Source of the DNA: Minisyncoccota bacterium
GTDB taxonomy: Bacteria; Patescibacteriota; Minisyncoccia; Phycocordibacterales; XYD1-FULL-46-19
DNA length: 64,000 nucleotides
Assembly: GCA_041657405.1 (NCBI GenBank)
Contig: JBBABX010000001.1
Coordinates: 12,152-76,151 of the forward strand
Direction of reading: 5' to 3'
Part shown: one piece after another, positions 1 through 10,411 of the stretch
Position numbering within the stretch: position 1 is the stretch's first letter
Layout of the letters: each line of letters begins with the position of its first letter
Notes under the pieces: model-generated
What the model saw: only the letters and a program-made list of their open reading frames with translations
Told to the model about the DNA's origin: nothing
Databases searched by the model: none
Position numbers and translations under genes: made by a program

Positions 1-129
1 AAAAATTCTTTTGACTGCAAAAGGTATTTCTTCTTCAATCTCACCGACTACTAATAATCCCCTTTTGTCGGGAAAAGCGGAAAGTTTTACCCAGCCAGAG
101 TTTTTTACAATTATTTCTTCTTTCTCCAT
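1..129 (-). CDS. Partial (N-terminal 43 aa) WxcM/FdtA-like cupin sugar 3,4-ketoisomerase; the gene continues beyond the window edge.
   Basis: The reverse-strand translation MEKEEIIVKNSGWVKLSAFPDKRGLLVVGEIEEEIPFAVKRIF resembles the FdtA/WxcM N-terminus (IPFxxKRxY). It heads the glycan operon. Confidence 0.35.
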   Translation of the reverse strand, partial: MEKEEIIVKNSGWVKLSAFPDKRGLLVVGEIEEEIPFAVKRIF

Positions 130-138
130 AAATTTCAT

Positions 139-1653
139 TTAATGATTATTTTTTATCCAAATCAAGGAATTTTTAATTTCTTTAGTAAAACAAACATCAA
201 TAATAAACAAAAACAAACCGTAAACAAGTATCCCTAAAAGAATATAAATTAAAAGAGACCACCAAGAAAAAATCGGCCAAAATTGTTTTAAAAAATAAAG
301 ACCGTAAGCCATTGCCAAACTAGCAATAACGGGTTCAAGAGCTGTTTTAGAAATTCCCCACACTCCTAGATTTATTTCTTGACGCAAAATATAAAGCAAA
401 TATAACTGAGTAAACAATGTTCCCATTGCCACAGTTAAAGCTGTGCCTTCCCCACCAAGAAAAAAGGTTAGGGGAACAATAAAAATAATCATTGTCACTA
501 ATTGAATTGAAGAAGATCTGGTTGGAATCGACGGCCGACCAACTCCGAGAAAAAAAGAATTTGTGATTTGCTCAAAAGATTTAAGAAATCCAACCCAAAC
601 TAAAATTGTCAAAATCGGAACCATTGGCAACCAGCGAGGGCCATAAACGAAAGTTATAATTTCTCGCGCCAAAAGAAACAACCCAAAAGACGCAGGAATG
701 GTTAAGGCAAAGATTAAAGAAGTCACCCGAACATAAGTCCTACGCAAAAAGATCTTATCGTTTTGAATCTTGGCGAAAAGAGGAAATAAAATAGAACCAA
801 AAACTCTGGCAATCTCAACTGCCGGCAACATCCCAAGAGAAAAAGCCATTTGGTAAAAACCAAGAATAGTCGAGCCTAAAATTTTGCCAATTGTCAAATT
901 GTCTCCTTGCCCAATAAAAAAATTTATAATGGCAGAAATTCCTACCCAACGACCATAAAAATAAAGTTCTTTGTTTTTTTTCCAATCAACCACAAACTTA
1001 GGACGGTAGGGGTGAAAGAGATAGGATAAAATTACCGCAAAGAAACGATTGGCAATCGCACCAATAACTAAGGCCCAAACATTATGGAAAATGACAGCAG
1101 CCACAATTGTTGTCGTTATTTCTAAAATAACCACGCAAATATCAAGTTGACTTTTCTTATTAAATTGTAATTCTTTTTGCCATAAAATAACTCCTACATT
1201 TTCAAAACCAATAACAAAAACTGGTAGGGCCAAAATTCTAACCAACAACACCACCATTTCATTGTTATTAAAAAACAAGCCCACCAAAGGCGCGGTCAAA
1301 AAGAGAATGATGGCAACCAAAGTATTCCTAAGAATATTAAAAGACCAGGCGCTATCGATATATTCGTCGACATTTTCCTTTTTATGAATAATTGCCGAGT
1401 AAAAACCAGTCTGGAAAAAATTGTCAACAAGACCAAGGGCAATCGCTGCCATCCCAAACAAACCAAAATCATTTGGGAATAGCAAGCGTGCTAAAATGAT
1501 TGTTCGAACAAACTGAAGACTTTTGATAATAAAACGGCTAATTAAGATAACTAGACTGCTCTGGAAAGCTTTTTGTCCAATATTTGCATCTTTAGTTTCA
1601 AGCCATAATTTTTTAAACTTTTTAGTCAAATTTATTTTTTGAAAAAATATCAT
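139..1653 (-). CDS. Polysaccharide transporter (PST/Wzx, MOP superfamily) flippase.
   Basis: A 504 aa polytopic membrane protein with an N-terminal RLLxPxDFGL motif typical of the PST family, in glycan-cluster context. Confidence 0.65.
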   Translation of the reverse strand: MIFFQKINLTKKFKKLWLETKDANIGQKAFQSSLVILISRFIIKSLQFVRTIILARLLFPNDFGLFGMAAIALGLVDNFFQTGFYSAIIHKKENVDEYIDSAWSFNILRNTLVAIILFLTAPLVGLFFNNNEMVVLLVRILALPVFVIGFENVGVILWQKELQFNKKSQLDICVVILEITTTIVAAVIFHNVWALVIGAIANRFFAVILSYLFHPYRPKFVVDWKKNKELYFYGRWVGISAIINFFIGQGDNLTIGKILGSTILGFYQMAFSLGMLPAVEIARVFGSILFPLFAKIQNDKIFLRRTYVRVTSLIFALTIPASFGLFLLAREIITFVYGPRWLPMVPILTILVWVGFLKSFEQITNSFFLGVGRPSIPTRSSSIQLVTMIIFIVPLTFFLGGEGTALTVAMGTLFTQLYLLYILRQEINLGVWGISKTALEPVIASLAMAYGLYFLKQFWPIFSWWSLLIYILLGILVYGLFLFIIDVCFTKEIKNSLIWIKNNH

Positions 1654-1694
1654 AAAAATTGAAATAATAAAAAAACCGTCGGGTTATTTGCTGT

Positions 1695-3284
1695 TTATTT
1701 TTTTCGCGCTAAAATCAAATTATTGCCACGACCTATAGGCAACCAAATATCCAAAAAGCAAAGTAGATTATAAAAAGGCATTAAGATAATATTCAGACGA
1801 TCTCCCAACTTCTTGCCTCTAAGCAAAAATTCAAACTCCCAACCGAGAGTCCCCCAAAAAGTGAAGGTGTGGCGGGAAACAAGGATTTCAAGATTTCTTT
1901 CTTTCATTTCCTGTTTTAATTCATCTAGAACCGGTTGCTCGCCCAAGTGTTCGTCTGATTCCCAATCGTGAAATCGTTGAAACCATCTCCTTGGGAAAAT
2001 ATGTATAGACGTTTTATCGCATGGGATTGCCAAGTAGATAAGACCAGAGGGTCTCAAAGCTTCAATCAAATTAGTAATCACTTTTTTGTTATCAACAATA
2101 TGTTCAAGAGTATCAATGGAAACAATCAAATCATAGATATTTTGCTCTCTAAAATTTTTTAAATCAAAAACTTTGAAACACAGATTTTTATTTGGATAAT
2201 TTCCCCACTCCTCATCTTCTAAAATATCAATTCCCAAGACTGAAGCAGAAGGATAATAGTCAGCCAATAATTTTGAATATTTTCCATGTCCACAACCAGC
2301 ATCTAAAATATTTTTAAAATTATTATTTTTTTTATTTAGAATCAAAAAACGGTTAAAGTATTTTAATCTAAGCAATGTCCCAAAATGTATTGGGCGGAAA
2401 AATTTAGATTGTAAAATTTTTTGTTTTGACTCTCTAATCTTCGCCCACAAAAAATGAAATGTATATCTAATTTTTTTGTCTTGACGCCACGCTTTAACAA
2501 AATAATCGGCGGCTAAACTAAACTTGCCATTTTGACGATACATTAATCCCAACCAAAAATATTGTTTTGCCAATAAAATTGGATGTAAGAGATATTCCTG
2601 AAAATGTTTTTTAATTAACATTTCTCGACCTCTTATTCGACGTTCAAGATTTCCTCCAATATGTTCATCAGTAGAAAAATTATTCATAATAACTAGGGGT
2701 TCATTAAGACCGATGCCTTTATATTTTTGGGTTAAGCGAATAATCAATTCCGCCTCTTGATGGCTGGGAAAATTTTCATCAAAACCATTAATTTCTTCAA
2801 AAGCTTTTTTCTTAATAATTAAAGTTGAAGTTAAAAAACCTTTAAACCTAGTTAACGAAATTAAATGGTAATCATTTGTCCCAGCAAAAACTTCCGTGTT
2901 AAATTTCCCCTTTTCAGAACAATTTATCACGCCGGAAAAACAAAAACCAACATCACTCGAAGAGTTACTTAAAAGAGAAATTTGTTTTTCTAATTTACGG
3001 TCAATCCAAGAATCGTCATCATCCAAAAAAGCCAAGAGTTGACCCCTCGCTAGAGAAGCCCCCCTATTCCGAGAGGCCGCCGCACCAAGACTTGTCTTAT
3101 TTTGATAATAAAAAATCCGAGAATCATTAAAAGATTTGACAATCTCCTCGGCTCTGGCAATTAAACCATCATCAATAACAATAATTTCAAAGTCTTGAAA
3201 AGTTTGATTAAAAACTGACTTGATAGCTTGAGATAAAATATCCGGCCGATTATGGGTCGGGATAATAACCGAAACCTTTGGCAT
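1695..3284 (-). CDS. Bifunctional GT2 glycosyltransferase (N-terminal) and class I SAM methyltransferase (C-terminal).
   Basis: The N-terminus VSVIIPTHNRP...FEIIVIDDG...DDDDSW is GT2 (DXD). The C-terminus ILDAGCGHGKYS is methyltransferase motif I. Confidence 0.7.
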   Translation of the reverse strand: MPKVSVIIPTHNRPDILSQAIKSVFNQTFQDFEIIVIDDGLIARAEEIVKSFNDSRIFYYQNKTSLGAAASRNRGASLARGQLLAFLDDDDSWIDRKLEKQISLLSNSSSDVGFCFSGVINCSEKGKFNTEVFAGTNDYHLISLTRFKGFLTSTLIIKKKAFEEINGFDENFPSHQEAELIIRLTQKYKGIGLNEPLVIMNNFSTDEHIGGNLERRIRGREMLIKKHFQEYLLHPILLAKQYFWLGLMYRQNGKFSLAADYFVKAWRQDKKIRYTFHFLWAKIRESKQKILQSKFFRPIHFGTLLRLKYFNRFLILNKKNNNFKNILDAGCGHGKYSKLLADYYPSASVLGIDILEDEEWGNYPNKNLCFKVFDLKNFREQNIYDLIVSIDTLEHIVDNKKVITNLIEALRPSGLIYLAIPCDKTSIHIFPRRWFQRFHDWESDEHLGEQPVLDELKQEMKERNLEILVSRHTFTFWGTLGWEFEFLLRGKKLGDRLNIILMPFYNLLCFLDIWLPIGRGNNLILARKK

Positions 3285-3286
3285 AT

Positions 3287-4318
3287 TTAGCTATTTATAA
3301 CATTTTTTAGCAAATTTTCCAATTTATCCGTTTGCTCCTCGCAACTCGGAAAATTTTTAACAAAATCCAAACCATTAGCAACAATTTTCTGACGTAGTCC
3401 ATTATCACTAACTGCTTGACCTAACTTATTTATCAATCCTTCTAGGTCACGTCGCGGTGCAACCAAAGCCGTTTGTTCATCAAAGGCGTAGTCCCGATTA
3501 CCACCGTTATCATAAGTAACAACCATCGAACCACAAGCCATCGCCTCTAACGGTGGCATCCCAAATCCTTCATCCCAAGATGGACAAAGAAAAATATCAC
3601 AACTTGAATAAATTTCGGCAAGTTTTTTTTGCGGTGGATTAAAGTAGTATTCATCACAAATCTCTGGTTTTTGACCGCGAACTCCAAACATTACTAACTC
3701 CAATTTTAAACTAGAAAACTTTTCTTTCACCGCTTGATAAGCTTTCAACCCATCTTTTACCCCTTTCCAAGGATAAGAATGGTTCAACATTAAAACCCTA
3801 ATTTTGCCAGTTTCTTTCTTAACAGGAATTGGTTGAAAAAGATTTTTATCAAGTGGCTCTAGAAACAGAGCTCCTTCTTGCCCGAAGTCTTTCCGTAAAA
3901 TATTTTTTAGCCAAGTTGAAACAACCACTTTCTTAGTAGGTGCGGCGTAAACCTTGGAGACTTCTTCAGATTGACCATGATACAAGCGTTCATCATGTTG
4001 AATAAATTGAATTTTTCGACCAAATTTTTCAGGCAAAGTTAAAACAAACTGACCCACTTGCCAAGAATCACCCACTACAACATCAGCTTTTGACAAATAT
4101 TTTGGAGACCATTTCGGCAAGAATTTAACTTTTGCTTCTAAGGGGCCAAACCAACGCGGCTCTTTATACCAAATTTTTTGCCAACGCCGGAAAAATCTTC
4201 TTTCCGTAGTTGAAATTGTAACCTCGTAACCACGTTTACCCAGAATATTAGCATAAGACAAAATTATCCGAACCCCGCCAGAAATCTTCAAATGAGGCAA
4301 TAAAAAATTAATTTTCAT
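3287..4318 (-). CDS. GT1/GT4-family glycosyltransferase. The start is placed at the internal MKINFLLPHL; the ORF track extends further upstream.
   Basis: Carries the E-x7-E region FGMPPLEAMACGSMVV typical of GT4. It overlaps the upstream methyltransferase gene by 11 nt. Confidence 0.65.
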   Translation of the reverse strand: MKINFLLPHLKISGGVRIILSYANILGKRGYEVTISTTERRFFRRWQKIWYKEPRWFGPLEAKVKFLPKWSPKYLSKADVVVGDSWQVGQFVLTLPEKFGRKIQFIQHDERLYHGQSEEVSKVYAAPTKKVVVSTWLKNILRKDFGQEGALFLEPLDKNLFQPIPVKKETGKIRVLMLNHSYPWKGVKDGLKAYQAVKEKFSSLKLELVMFGVRGQKPEICDEYYFNPPQKKLAEIYSSCDIFLCPSWDEGFGMPPLEAMACGSMVVTYDNGGNRDYAFDEQTALVAPRRDLEGLINKLGQAVSDNGLRQKIVANGLDFVKNFPSCEEQTDKLENLLKNVINS

Positions 4319-4961
4319 TTTTTTTGAGTTTGACAATAAATTGATAAACAAACAAACCAGGCCAAATTTTAGCCAACAAAAAGGTTCCTCTTGTTGGGAT
4401 ATGATGGGCCGTTTCAATAATTCTAAAATTGGTCTTCTCCACTAATTGACGTAGGCTCCGCCAGGAAAAAAAATGAATATGTCCACGATCCATCAGGCCC
4501 TCTTTTTCATATTCAAAATGTCCCATCAAAATTTTTAATCGATTTCGCCAAAATAACAAATTAGGCACCGTAATAATAATATCTGTTTTTTCATCACTTA
4601 TTTTTTCCAATTTTAACAATAATTCTTCTGGCCAAAATAAATGTTCTAAAACTTCAGAAATAACAATTTTTTTGAAATGTTTTTGTCTAATTGACTCTGG
4701 CCAATTTGCAAAAGGTTCTTCTAAATTAAAACAAAAAACTTCTGACAAACGTTTCTTGGCCTCAGCGCAAAGATGAGACGAAAATTCCAAGCCGCTGACC
4801 CTCACATTCTTTTCTTTGGCAATAATCTCACCCAAATAACCAGGGCCACAACCAATATCTAAAACCTCATCAACTAAGTCATCACCCAGAAGACGCAGGA
4901 TAGCCTCTCGGCGAGAACGATTGATTTTTTTATAAGTAGCGTTTTCGTAATGATGATTCAT
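4308..4961 (-). CDS. Class I SAM-dependent methyltransferase.
   Basis: Motif I LDIGCGPGYLG and a 217 aa Rossmann-like methyltransferase fold. Confidence 0.7.
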   Translation of the reverse strand: MNHHYENATYKKINRSRREAILRLLGDDLVDEVLDIGCGPGYLGEIIAKEKNVRVSGLEFSSHLCAEAKKRLSEVFCFNLEEPFANWPESIRQKHFKKIVISEVLEHLFWPEELLLKLEKISDEKTDIIITVPNLLFWRNRLKILMGHFEYEKEGLMDRGHIHFFSWRSLRQLVEKTNFRIIETAHHIPTRGTFLLAKIWPGLFVYQFIVKLKKNEN

Positions 4962-6049
4962 TGTAGAAAATTTTTGATAATTTCAATTTGTCGTTCCCGA
5001 CTAAAATCTTTTTTTATAGCTTCTTTGGCACGCTCGCCAAGATTTCTAAATTTATCTGGATATTTGCAGACTTCCATAATTTTTTGAGCCAAATTTTCCG
5101 CATTTGCTAATTGACAAAAAACTACCTCACGACCGTCTTGAAAAAATTTATCCATCTCCTGATTTCTGCCAGTTAAAAGAATTTTTCCACAAGCCATTGC
5201 TTCAACCATTTTATTGGGGACTACTCTCCTAGCTTTATCGGTCCCACCAAAAATTCCGAGACAAATGTCGGCCAAATTAACGTAACCAAATAATTCTTCA
5301 TAATCAATAGCCGGAAGAAAAGTGACATTGGTTAATTTTAATTTTTCCGCCAATTTGAGCATTTGTTTTTTTGTTTGTCCACTTCCAATCAAAGTAAAAT
5401 GAACTCTTTCTTCATCTCGCAAATAATTTGCGGCTCCAAGAATATATTCTACACCCTGAAGCGGAATATAGTAACCCCAAAACAGAATATGATATTTGCC
5501 CTCCAAAAAATTTTCTCTGGCTTTGGTCTCTTTTTGGCAAAGATTATCTAAATCAGCCCAATCAACCGCAACTGGAATAACTAAAAATTTTTTATTTTTT
5601 ACCTTGGTTAGATGAAAGGTTTTTATAAAATAATTCTGATGACCAAGAGTGTCAAAAATTAAAATATCACTCACCCAACAACTAAGCCAATCTATAAGAT
5701 AATAATAGATCGCCTTTAAAGAATATCGGCTAGTCAATTGTCGGTCATTAACATAAGTATCAAAAATGGAAATATGAGCATCAAAAATAATTTGCCCATG
5801 ATAAAAAATCCTAAATATCAATACTGGTAACACAAAAAATTGCGCAACTTGCATTACCAAAACGTAATCCTTTCCCCAACCATAACGGAAAAGTCGCCAA
5901 GCAAAGCGCCAAACTCGCCAATGATCATTAGGAATTTCTACCAATTCAGCATGGGTGCAATTTTCCCAAGCGTCAATAAAAACTTTTTTTCGTGAATAAT
6001 CACCAAAAACCGAACCTATAATCAAAAGACTTTTTTTATTATCACTCAT
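4958..6049 (-). CDS. GT1/GT4 glycosyltransferase. The start is placed at MSDNKKSLLIIGS.
   Basis: Carries VEAMACGKILLTG. The upstream stop overlaps its start in an ATGAGTGA arrangement. Confidence 0.6.
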   Translation of the reverse strand: MSDNKKSLLIIGSVFGDYSRKKVFIDAWENCTHAELVEIPNDHWRVWRFAWRLFRYGWGKDYVLVMQVAQFFVLPVLIFRIFYHGQIIFDAHISIFDTYVNDRQLTSRYSLKAIYYYLIDWLSCWVSDILIFDTLGHQNYFIKTFHLTKVKNKKFLVIPVAVDWADLDNLCQKETKARENFLEGKYHILFWGYYIPLQGVEYILGAANYLRDEERVHFTLIGSGQTKKQMLKLAEKLKLTNVTFLPAIDYEELFGYVNLADICLGIFGGTDKARRVVPNKMVEAMACGKILLTGRNQEMDKFFQDGREVVFCQLANAENLAQKIMEVCKYPDKFRNLGERAKEAIKKDFSRERQIEIIKNFLQ

Positions 6050-7865
6050 AGAAATAATTATAAATTTTTTGAGCCCGTTTGTCCCAAGAATATTGGAGAA
6101 CATCCCCCTTGGCTTGAGATACACGTTTTTGAGATACCAGGGGCTCAAAAAAAATAAGTTTTATTTTTTCAATTAAATCTTTTTCATTTCCCGCTTCAAA
6201 AAACAGGCAACTTTGTTCAGTTAAAATTTCTTTTAGACTTGGCAAACTAGAAGCGACTATTGGTACACCACTAGCCATATATTCAAACATCTTAATTGGT
6301 GAGGTATAAAACTCAGACTCAAGAGAGACGGGTTTATTGGGTAAAACTAGACAGTCGGCAGCCTTTAAATAAAAAGGGATATTTTTTTTATCAATCCGAC
6401 CAATTAAGAAAATATTTTTTAATCCACCAATCTCAACAATTCTATGATATTTTTCAAGATCTTGGTCTGTCCCTCCAACCAAAACAAAAATCCACTCTTG
6501 GGGAGCAATTTTAGCTGCTTGAATTAAAGTATCAACTCCCTTCCAATGATAGAGATGTCCGACATACATAATTATCTTTTTATCATTTGGCAAATTTAAA
6601 TCTCGACGCAAGATCGAAACGTCTTCAACAAGGTTAGAAAAAGAGGATAAGTCCACTCCATTAGGCGCCACTAAAATTTTTTTAAAACCACGTTTGATAA
6701 ATTCCTTAGCTGTTCCCTGCGAATTACAAACTATCCCGTCTGCTTTAGAAATAAAATATTGGAAAAGATTGTTTTTACTAACAGGCCAAAAATGAGCCTC
6801 AAAAAAGGTTTTGTATCCTTTCTTCTTGAATAACCAAACAATTTCCGGTTGACGAGAAAAAATAATCGCTCCGCGTTTAGGCTTTTCTCTCCAAAGCCTA
6901 ATTAGAAAAAATAGGGATTGGAATCCAAAAGCTACACGCCCCAAAAATCGACTATATTGAATAAAATCAAAAGATTTAATTTCTCTTACAACAAAATTCT
7001 TCTCCAAATGATAATAAGAAAATAAATCCTGCTTGATTTTATTAAACCGTTTAGAATGCCACAGTTCCACAACTAGACCAAGTCGTGAAAATTCTTCACA
7101 CATCTTGGCAATTTGAAAACCATGAGCTTTTTCTGTTGGCAAACGATGATTAGCAATAAAAATTATCTCATCGCCAAAAGATTTATTTTTCTTAAGAAGA
7201 AAATGAAATGTATCCCAATAAAAAAATCGAGATCCTCGATAAATAAGAAGAAGTAACCAGCTAAGAAATTTGGGTTGGATTTTTTTTAATCGCAATTCTC
7301 TTATATCAATTAAAGAAAATCCTTCGGATTCGGCTAATTTTTGGAAATCCAGACGAGTAAAATAATGCATCTCGCTTAATTTTTGCCTATCTATGACATC
7401 TCGATATTTTTTTTGTTTGCCAATCAAATCAAGAATTTTTTCAGCCCAACAACGCGGCAACCAATTTATAAGATAAAGATGATAATGGCTATCATAAAAA
7501 CCAAAACGGTTTGGCACACTAACATATATACAACCTTGAGGTCTTAAAACTCGAAACATTTCTTGAAGGACAAGTTTTGGATTCTCGACATGTTCAATAA
7601 CTTCAGCCAAATTTATAAAATCAAATTCAAGAGAAGGAAAAGGCAATTTTTCGGCTTGCCCCTGAAAGATGTTTATCTTAATCCCCCTTTCCCCAGCAAG
7701 GACTCTCGCTTGAGAAATTTTTTGAGGGTTTAATTCTAACCCGATCGCCGAATACCCTCTCTTGACACAAGCTAAGAGAAATTTACCAAATCCCGAGCCT
7801 AAATCTAAAATTTTTTTATTAGCTAGACTTCCAATATTTTTTTCTAAATTATCAATATGATCCAT
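6042..7865 (-). CDS. Fusion protein: N-terminal class I SAM methyltransferase and C-terminal GT1/GT4 glycosyltransferase.
   Basis: The N-terminus LDLGSGFGKF is methyltransferase motif I. The C-terminus FEYMASGVPIVASSLPSLKEI is the GT4 signature. Confidence 0.7.
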   Translation of the reverse strand: MDHIDNLEKNIGSLANKKILDLGSGFGKFLLACVKRGYSAIGLELNPQKISQARVLAGERGIKINIFQGQAEKLPFPSLEFDFINLAEVIEHVENPKLVLQEMFRVLRPQGCIYVSVPNRFGFYDSHYHLYLINWLPRCWAEKILDLIGKQKKYRDVIDRQKLSEMHYFTRLDFQKLAESEGFSLIDIRELRLKKIQPKFLSWLLLLIYRGSRFFYWDTFHFLLKKNKSFGDEIIFIANHRLPTEKAHGFQIAKMCEEFSRLGLVVELWHSKRFNKIKQDLFSYYHLEKNFVVREIKSFDFIQYSRFLGRVAFGFQSLFFLIRLWREKPKRGAIIFSRQPEIVWLFKKKGYKTFFEAHFWPVSKNNLFQYFISKADGIVCNSQGTAKEFIKRGFKKILVAPNGVDLSSFSNLVEDVSILRRDLNLPNDKKIIMYVGHLYHWKGVDTLIQAAKIAPQEWIFVLVGGTDQDLEKYHRIVEIGGLKNIFLIGRIDKKNIPFYLKAADCLVLPNKPVSLESEFYTSPIKMFEYMASGVPIVASSLPSLKEILTEQSCLFFEAGNEKDLIEKIKLIFFEPLVSQKRVSQAKGDVLQYSWDKRAQKIYNYFYE

Positions 7866-8481
7866 TTTTCAATTTATTAATGATTGCTTCTACCAATTCC
7901 TTAGGTGATTTTTCCGAATTAAAAATTTCAAAATTTACCCCCGACTTGTTAAGAACACTTTTGGCTGAAAGATAATTTTTTTCGCTAGCTTCGCGCCAAA
8001 TTTCCACTTGTGATTTAGGAAAATCTTCCCTGACACCATAGCCTCTTCGGGCTAAGCGTTCTTTCCTTTTATCAAAAGATAATTCTAAAACTACTAAAAA
8101 CTCCGGATAAATAAAATTTTTTAAATAACCAATAAAAAAATCAGCAGTTTTTGGTTCGCCAAAAACTGAAAGAAGGTTCTGAAAATAGCCCTGGTCGATA
8201 ACAGCATTTGAAAATCTTTTTGCTTTTTGATATTTAGCATTATGGATGACGAAACAATTCATAAATTTGTAGTAAAAATCTTTCCAAGCCACAGAAGCAT
8301 TTATAATATAAGAAAGACCTTTTATAAATTTTAGAGGGTGTTTTAAAAAAAATAAGATATTATAAAAAAACCACTCACGCCTAGTATTAATCCTAACTAG
8401 AACAAAACCATTTTGTTCAGCCAATAATTTAGAAACTGTCGTCTTACCAGTAGCTGGTAGACCAAAAAATTCAACAATCAT
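7852..8481 (-). CDS. P-loop NTPase (kinase/sulfotransferase-like) of unknown specificity.
   Basis: Walker A FFGLPATGKTT near the N-terminus; about 200 aa. Embedded in the glycan operon. The start may be the upstream ATG at 8511. Confidence 0.4.
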   Translation of the reverse strand: MIVEFFGLPATGKTTVSKLLAEQNGFVLVRINTRREWFFYNILFFLKHPLKFIKGLSYIINASVAWKDFYYKFMNCFVIHNAKYQKAKRFSNAVIDQGYFQNLLSVFGEPKTADFFIGYLKNFIYPEFLVVLELSFDKRKERLARRGYGVREDFPKSQVEIWREASEKNYLSAKSVLNKSGVNFEIFNSEKSPKELVEAIINKLKNGSY

Positions 8482-9202
8482 CTTTGGTAAATTTAAAACA
8501 ATAAGATTCAACCAAAAAACGACTAATCAAACCAAATTTGCGCCCAACCAATAATTTTCCAAACAATTTATCAAGCATCAAATTTTTCAAAAGAGGCACG
8601 GTTACCGTCACTCCGTAAGGACCCGAAACTTTAAAACCGGCTTGAACCAACAAAGTTTTTAATTTAGTCGGTAAAATTTGCCCTTGATGAATTTGCGGCA
8701 CTTTTTGCCTTTTAAGGCGGTAAAAAAGATAGCGCGGATTTTTCGTAATAATAACACCCAAACTTCCAAATTTTAGAAGATCAAAAATTTTTTTCACAGC
8801 TAAATTTTTGTCTGGCAAATATTCCAAAGCCCGAGATGAAAAAAAGAAGTCAAACTGACACTCCGGCGCAAAACTCATAAAGTCAGAGAGAACAAAATTA
8901 AGAGAATCCGAATCGGAAAGATTTTGTTTGGCCAAAGAGAGCATTTCATTGGAAATATCCACCAAAGTAAAGTTCGCTCCCGACTTTTTGTCTAGAAAAA
9001 ACTTAGTCCAAGTCCCTGGCCCTGGACCAAATTCTAGGTAATTAGAAAAAATAAGATTCTGATTTAAAAAAACTTTTTCAAGCGCTTGCTTGGTCTGATC
9101 ATAACCAAGTTTTGCTTGGTCATCTTTAAACCAACGCCAAAATTCATAATCTGAAAAAAACTTTTCTTTGACTTGCTTGTCGTAAATCTTTTCGAAATTC
9201 AT
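8471..9202 (-). CDS. Class I SAM-dependent methyltransferase.
   Basis: Motif I LEFGPGPGTWT. Confidence 0.6.
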   Translation of the reverse strand: MNFEKIYDKQVKEKFFSDYEFWRWFKDDQAKLGYDQTKQALEKVFLNQNLIFSNYLEFGPGPGTWTKFFLDKKSGANFTLVDISNEMLSLAKQNLSDSDSLNFVLSDFMSFAPECQFDFFFSSRALEYLPDKNLAVKKIFDLLKFGSLGVIITKNPRYLFYRLKRQKVPQIHQGQILPTKLKTLLVQAGFKVSGPYGVTVTVPLLKNLMLDKLFGKLLVGRKFGLISRFLVESYCFKFTKDDC

Positions 9203-9216
9203 TAATTTAATGTAAT

Positions 9217-10251
9217 TTAATTCAAACTAGTTATTAATTTTTCGACAAGCAATTTAAGACCGTGATGTCTTGCAACATAATCTTGAAGTTCTGAAACTAA
9301 TTTTCTTTTTTCAGCCGGAGCTAAACCCAAAAGTTCTCTTAATTTTTTGGCCAAATCAACAAAATCATCTTCTTCAAAAATTAAGCGATCGTCAATTTCC
9401 CCAATTAAATTCTGGTTGCAAACCAGGACCAAACAACCACAGGCCATTGCTTCAAAAATTGTTTTGTCATACATCCCGCTTGAGCTAAGATTAACAAAAA
9501 TTTCGTGACTGCGATAGATTTTAGGCGCCTGATGGTTTGTCACACCAGCATAAAAAGTAAGATTATCGACTAAGATTGAATCTGCAACATTTTGTTTTAA
9601 GGTTTCTGCCCAAATCTGATTATCCGGCAAATAATCACCATAAAAACTAACTTTAAAATCTACCCTATCTTCAGCTAACAATTTTAGGGCTGAAATGAAA
9701 ATATCTGGTTTTTTGACAGGAGCCAAACGCGCTAAAAATAAAATTTTTCCAAGACGAAAATCATTATTTTTTTCAAGCGAATTAAAAAAACTCAAATTAA
9801 TCCCGACCGGCATAAGAATATTCTTTTTAAATTTTGCGGTGTATGAATAACGCGAGGTGCAAAAAATTTTATGACAAAGAGCAACTGCTAAATTAGTTAA
9901 ACAATTACCAGCATGATGATTTCGCCACATTGTAATTTTTTTGCCCATAAGTCGCCACCAACAACCTGCTAATAAAACATACTCCTGATTCATATGCACA
10001 AAAACTGTGTCATAGTTTTTTCGTTCCTGCCAAAGATATTTATAAAAACGCCAAATATATTTAAATTTCGATTGCCCTTCTTCTTTGCCTAGTGACAGCA
10101 CCTTAACCCCTGATAAATCATATTCGCCCTTCTCTAAACAGATAATTGTCATCTGTTTAACATGTTCAGCAAATTCTTTTAACCAACCATGGAAAAACCC
10201 TAAAATTGGGTCATTTTTATCGACTTTTTGGGTGATAATTAAAAGCTTCAC
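9217..10251 (-). CDS. GT1/GT4 glycosyltransferase.
   Basis: Carries FEAMACGCLVLV in a C-terminal GT-B domain. Confidence 0.65.
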   Translation of the reverse strand: MKLLIITQKVDKNDPILGFFHGWLKEFAEHVKQMTIICLEKGEYDLSGVKVLSLGKEEGQSKFKYIWRFYKYLWQERKNYDTVFVHMNQEYVLLAGCWWRLMGKKITMWRNHHAGNCLTNLAVALCHKIFCTSRYSYTAKFKKNILMPVGINLSFFNSLEKNNDFRLGKILFLARLAPVKKPDIFISALKLLAEDRVDFKVSFYGDYLPDNQIWAETLKQNVADSILVDNLTFYAGVTNHQAPKIYRSHEIFVNLSSSGMYDKTIFEAMACGCLVLVCNQNLIGEIDDRLIFEEDDFVDLAKKLRELLGLAPAEKRKLVSELQDYVARHHGLKLLVEKLITSLN

Positions 10252-10282
10252 AAAATTATTTTAACATAAAAATATCCAAACA

Positions 10283-10310
10283 AACGCTTCAGACGGATGA
10301 TGGAACGTTT
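10283..10310. repeat. Copy 1 of a 28-29 nt imperfect-palindromic motif, aaacgcttcagacggatgatggaacgttt. The second copy is at 58072..58100.
   Basis: Near-identical sequences (27 of 29 nt) appear at the two loci in the same plus-strand orientation. One lies downstream of a minus-strand gene and the other downstream of a plus-strand gene. Confidence 0.5.
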
Positions 10311-10411
10311 AAATCGTTATTTTTAGCCAATTTTTAGAAAATTTTTTGTTTTATTGAGACGTCTTTTCCTCGATTTTTAAATAAATTCTTAAAAATAATA
10401 ATTTCTGCCTC

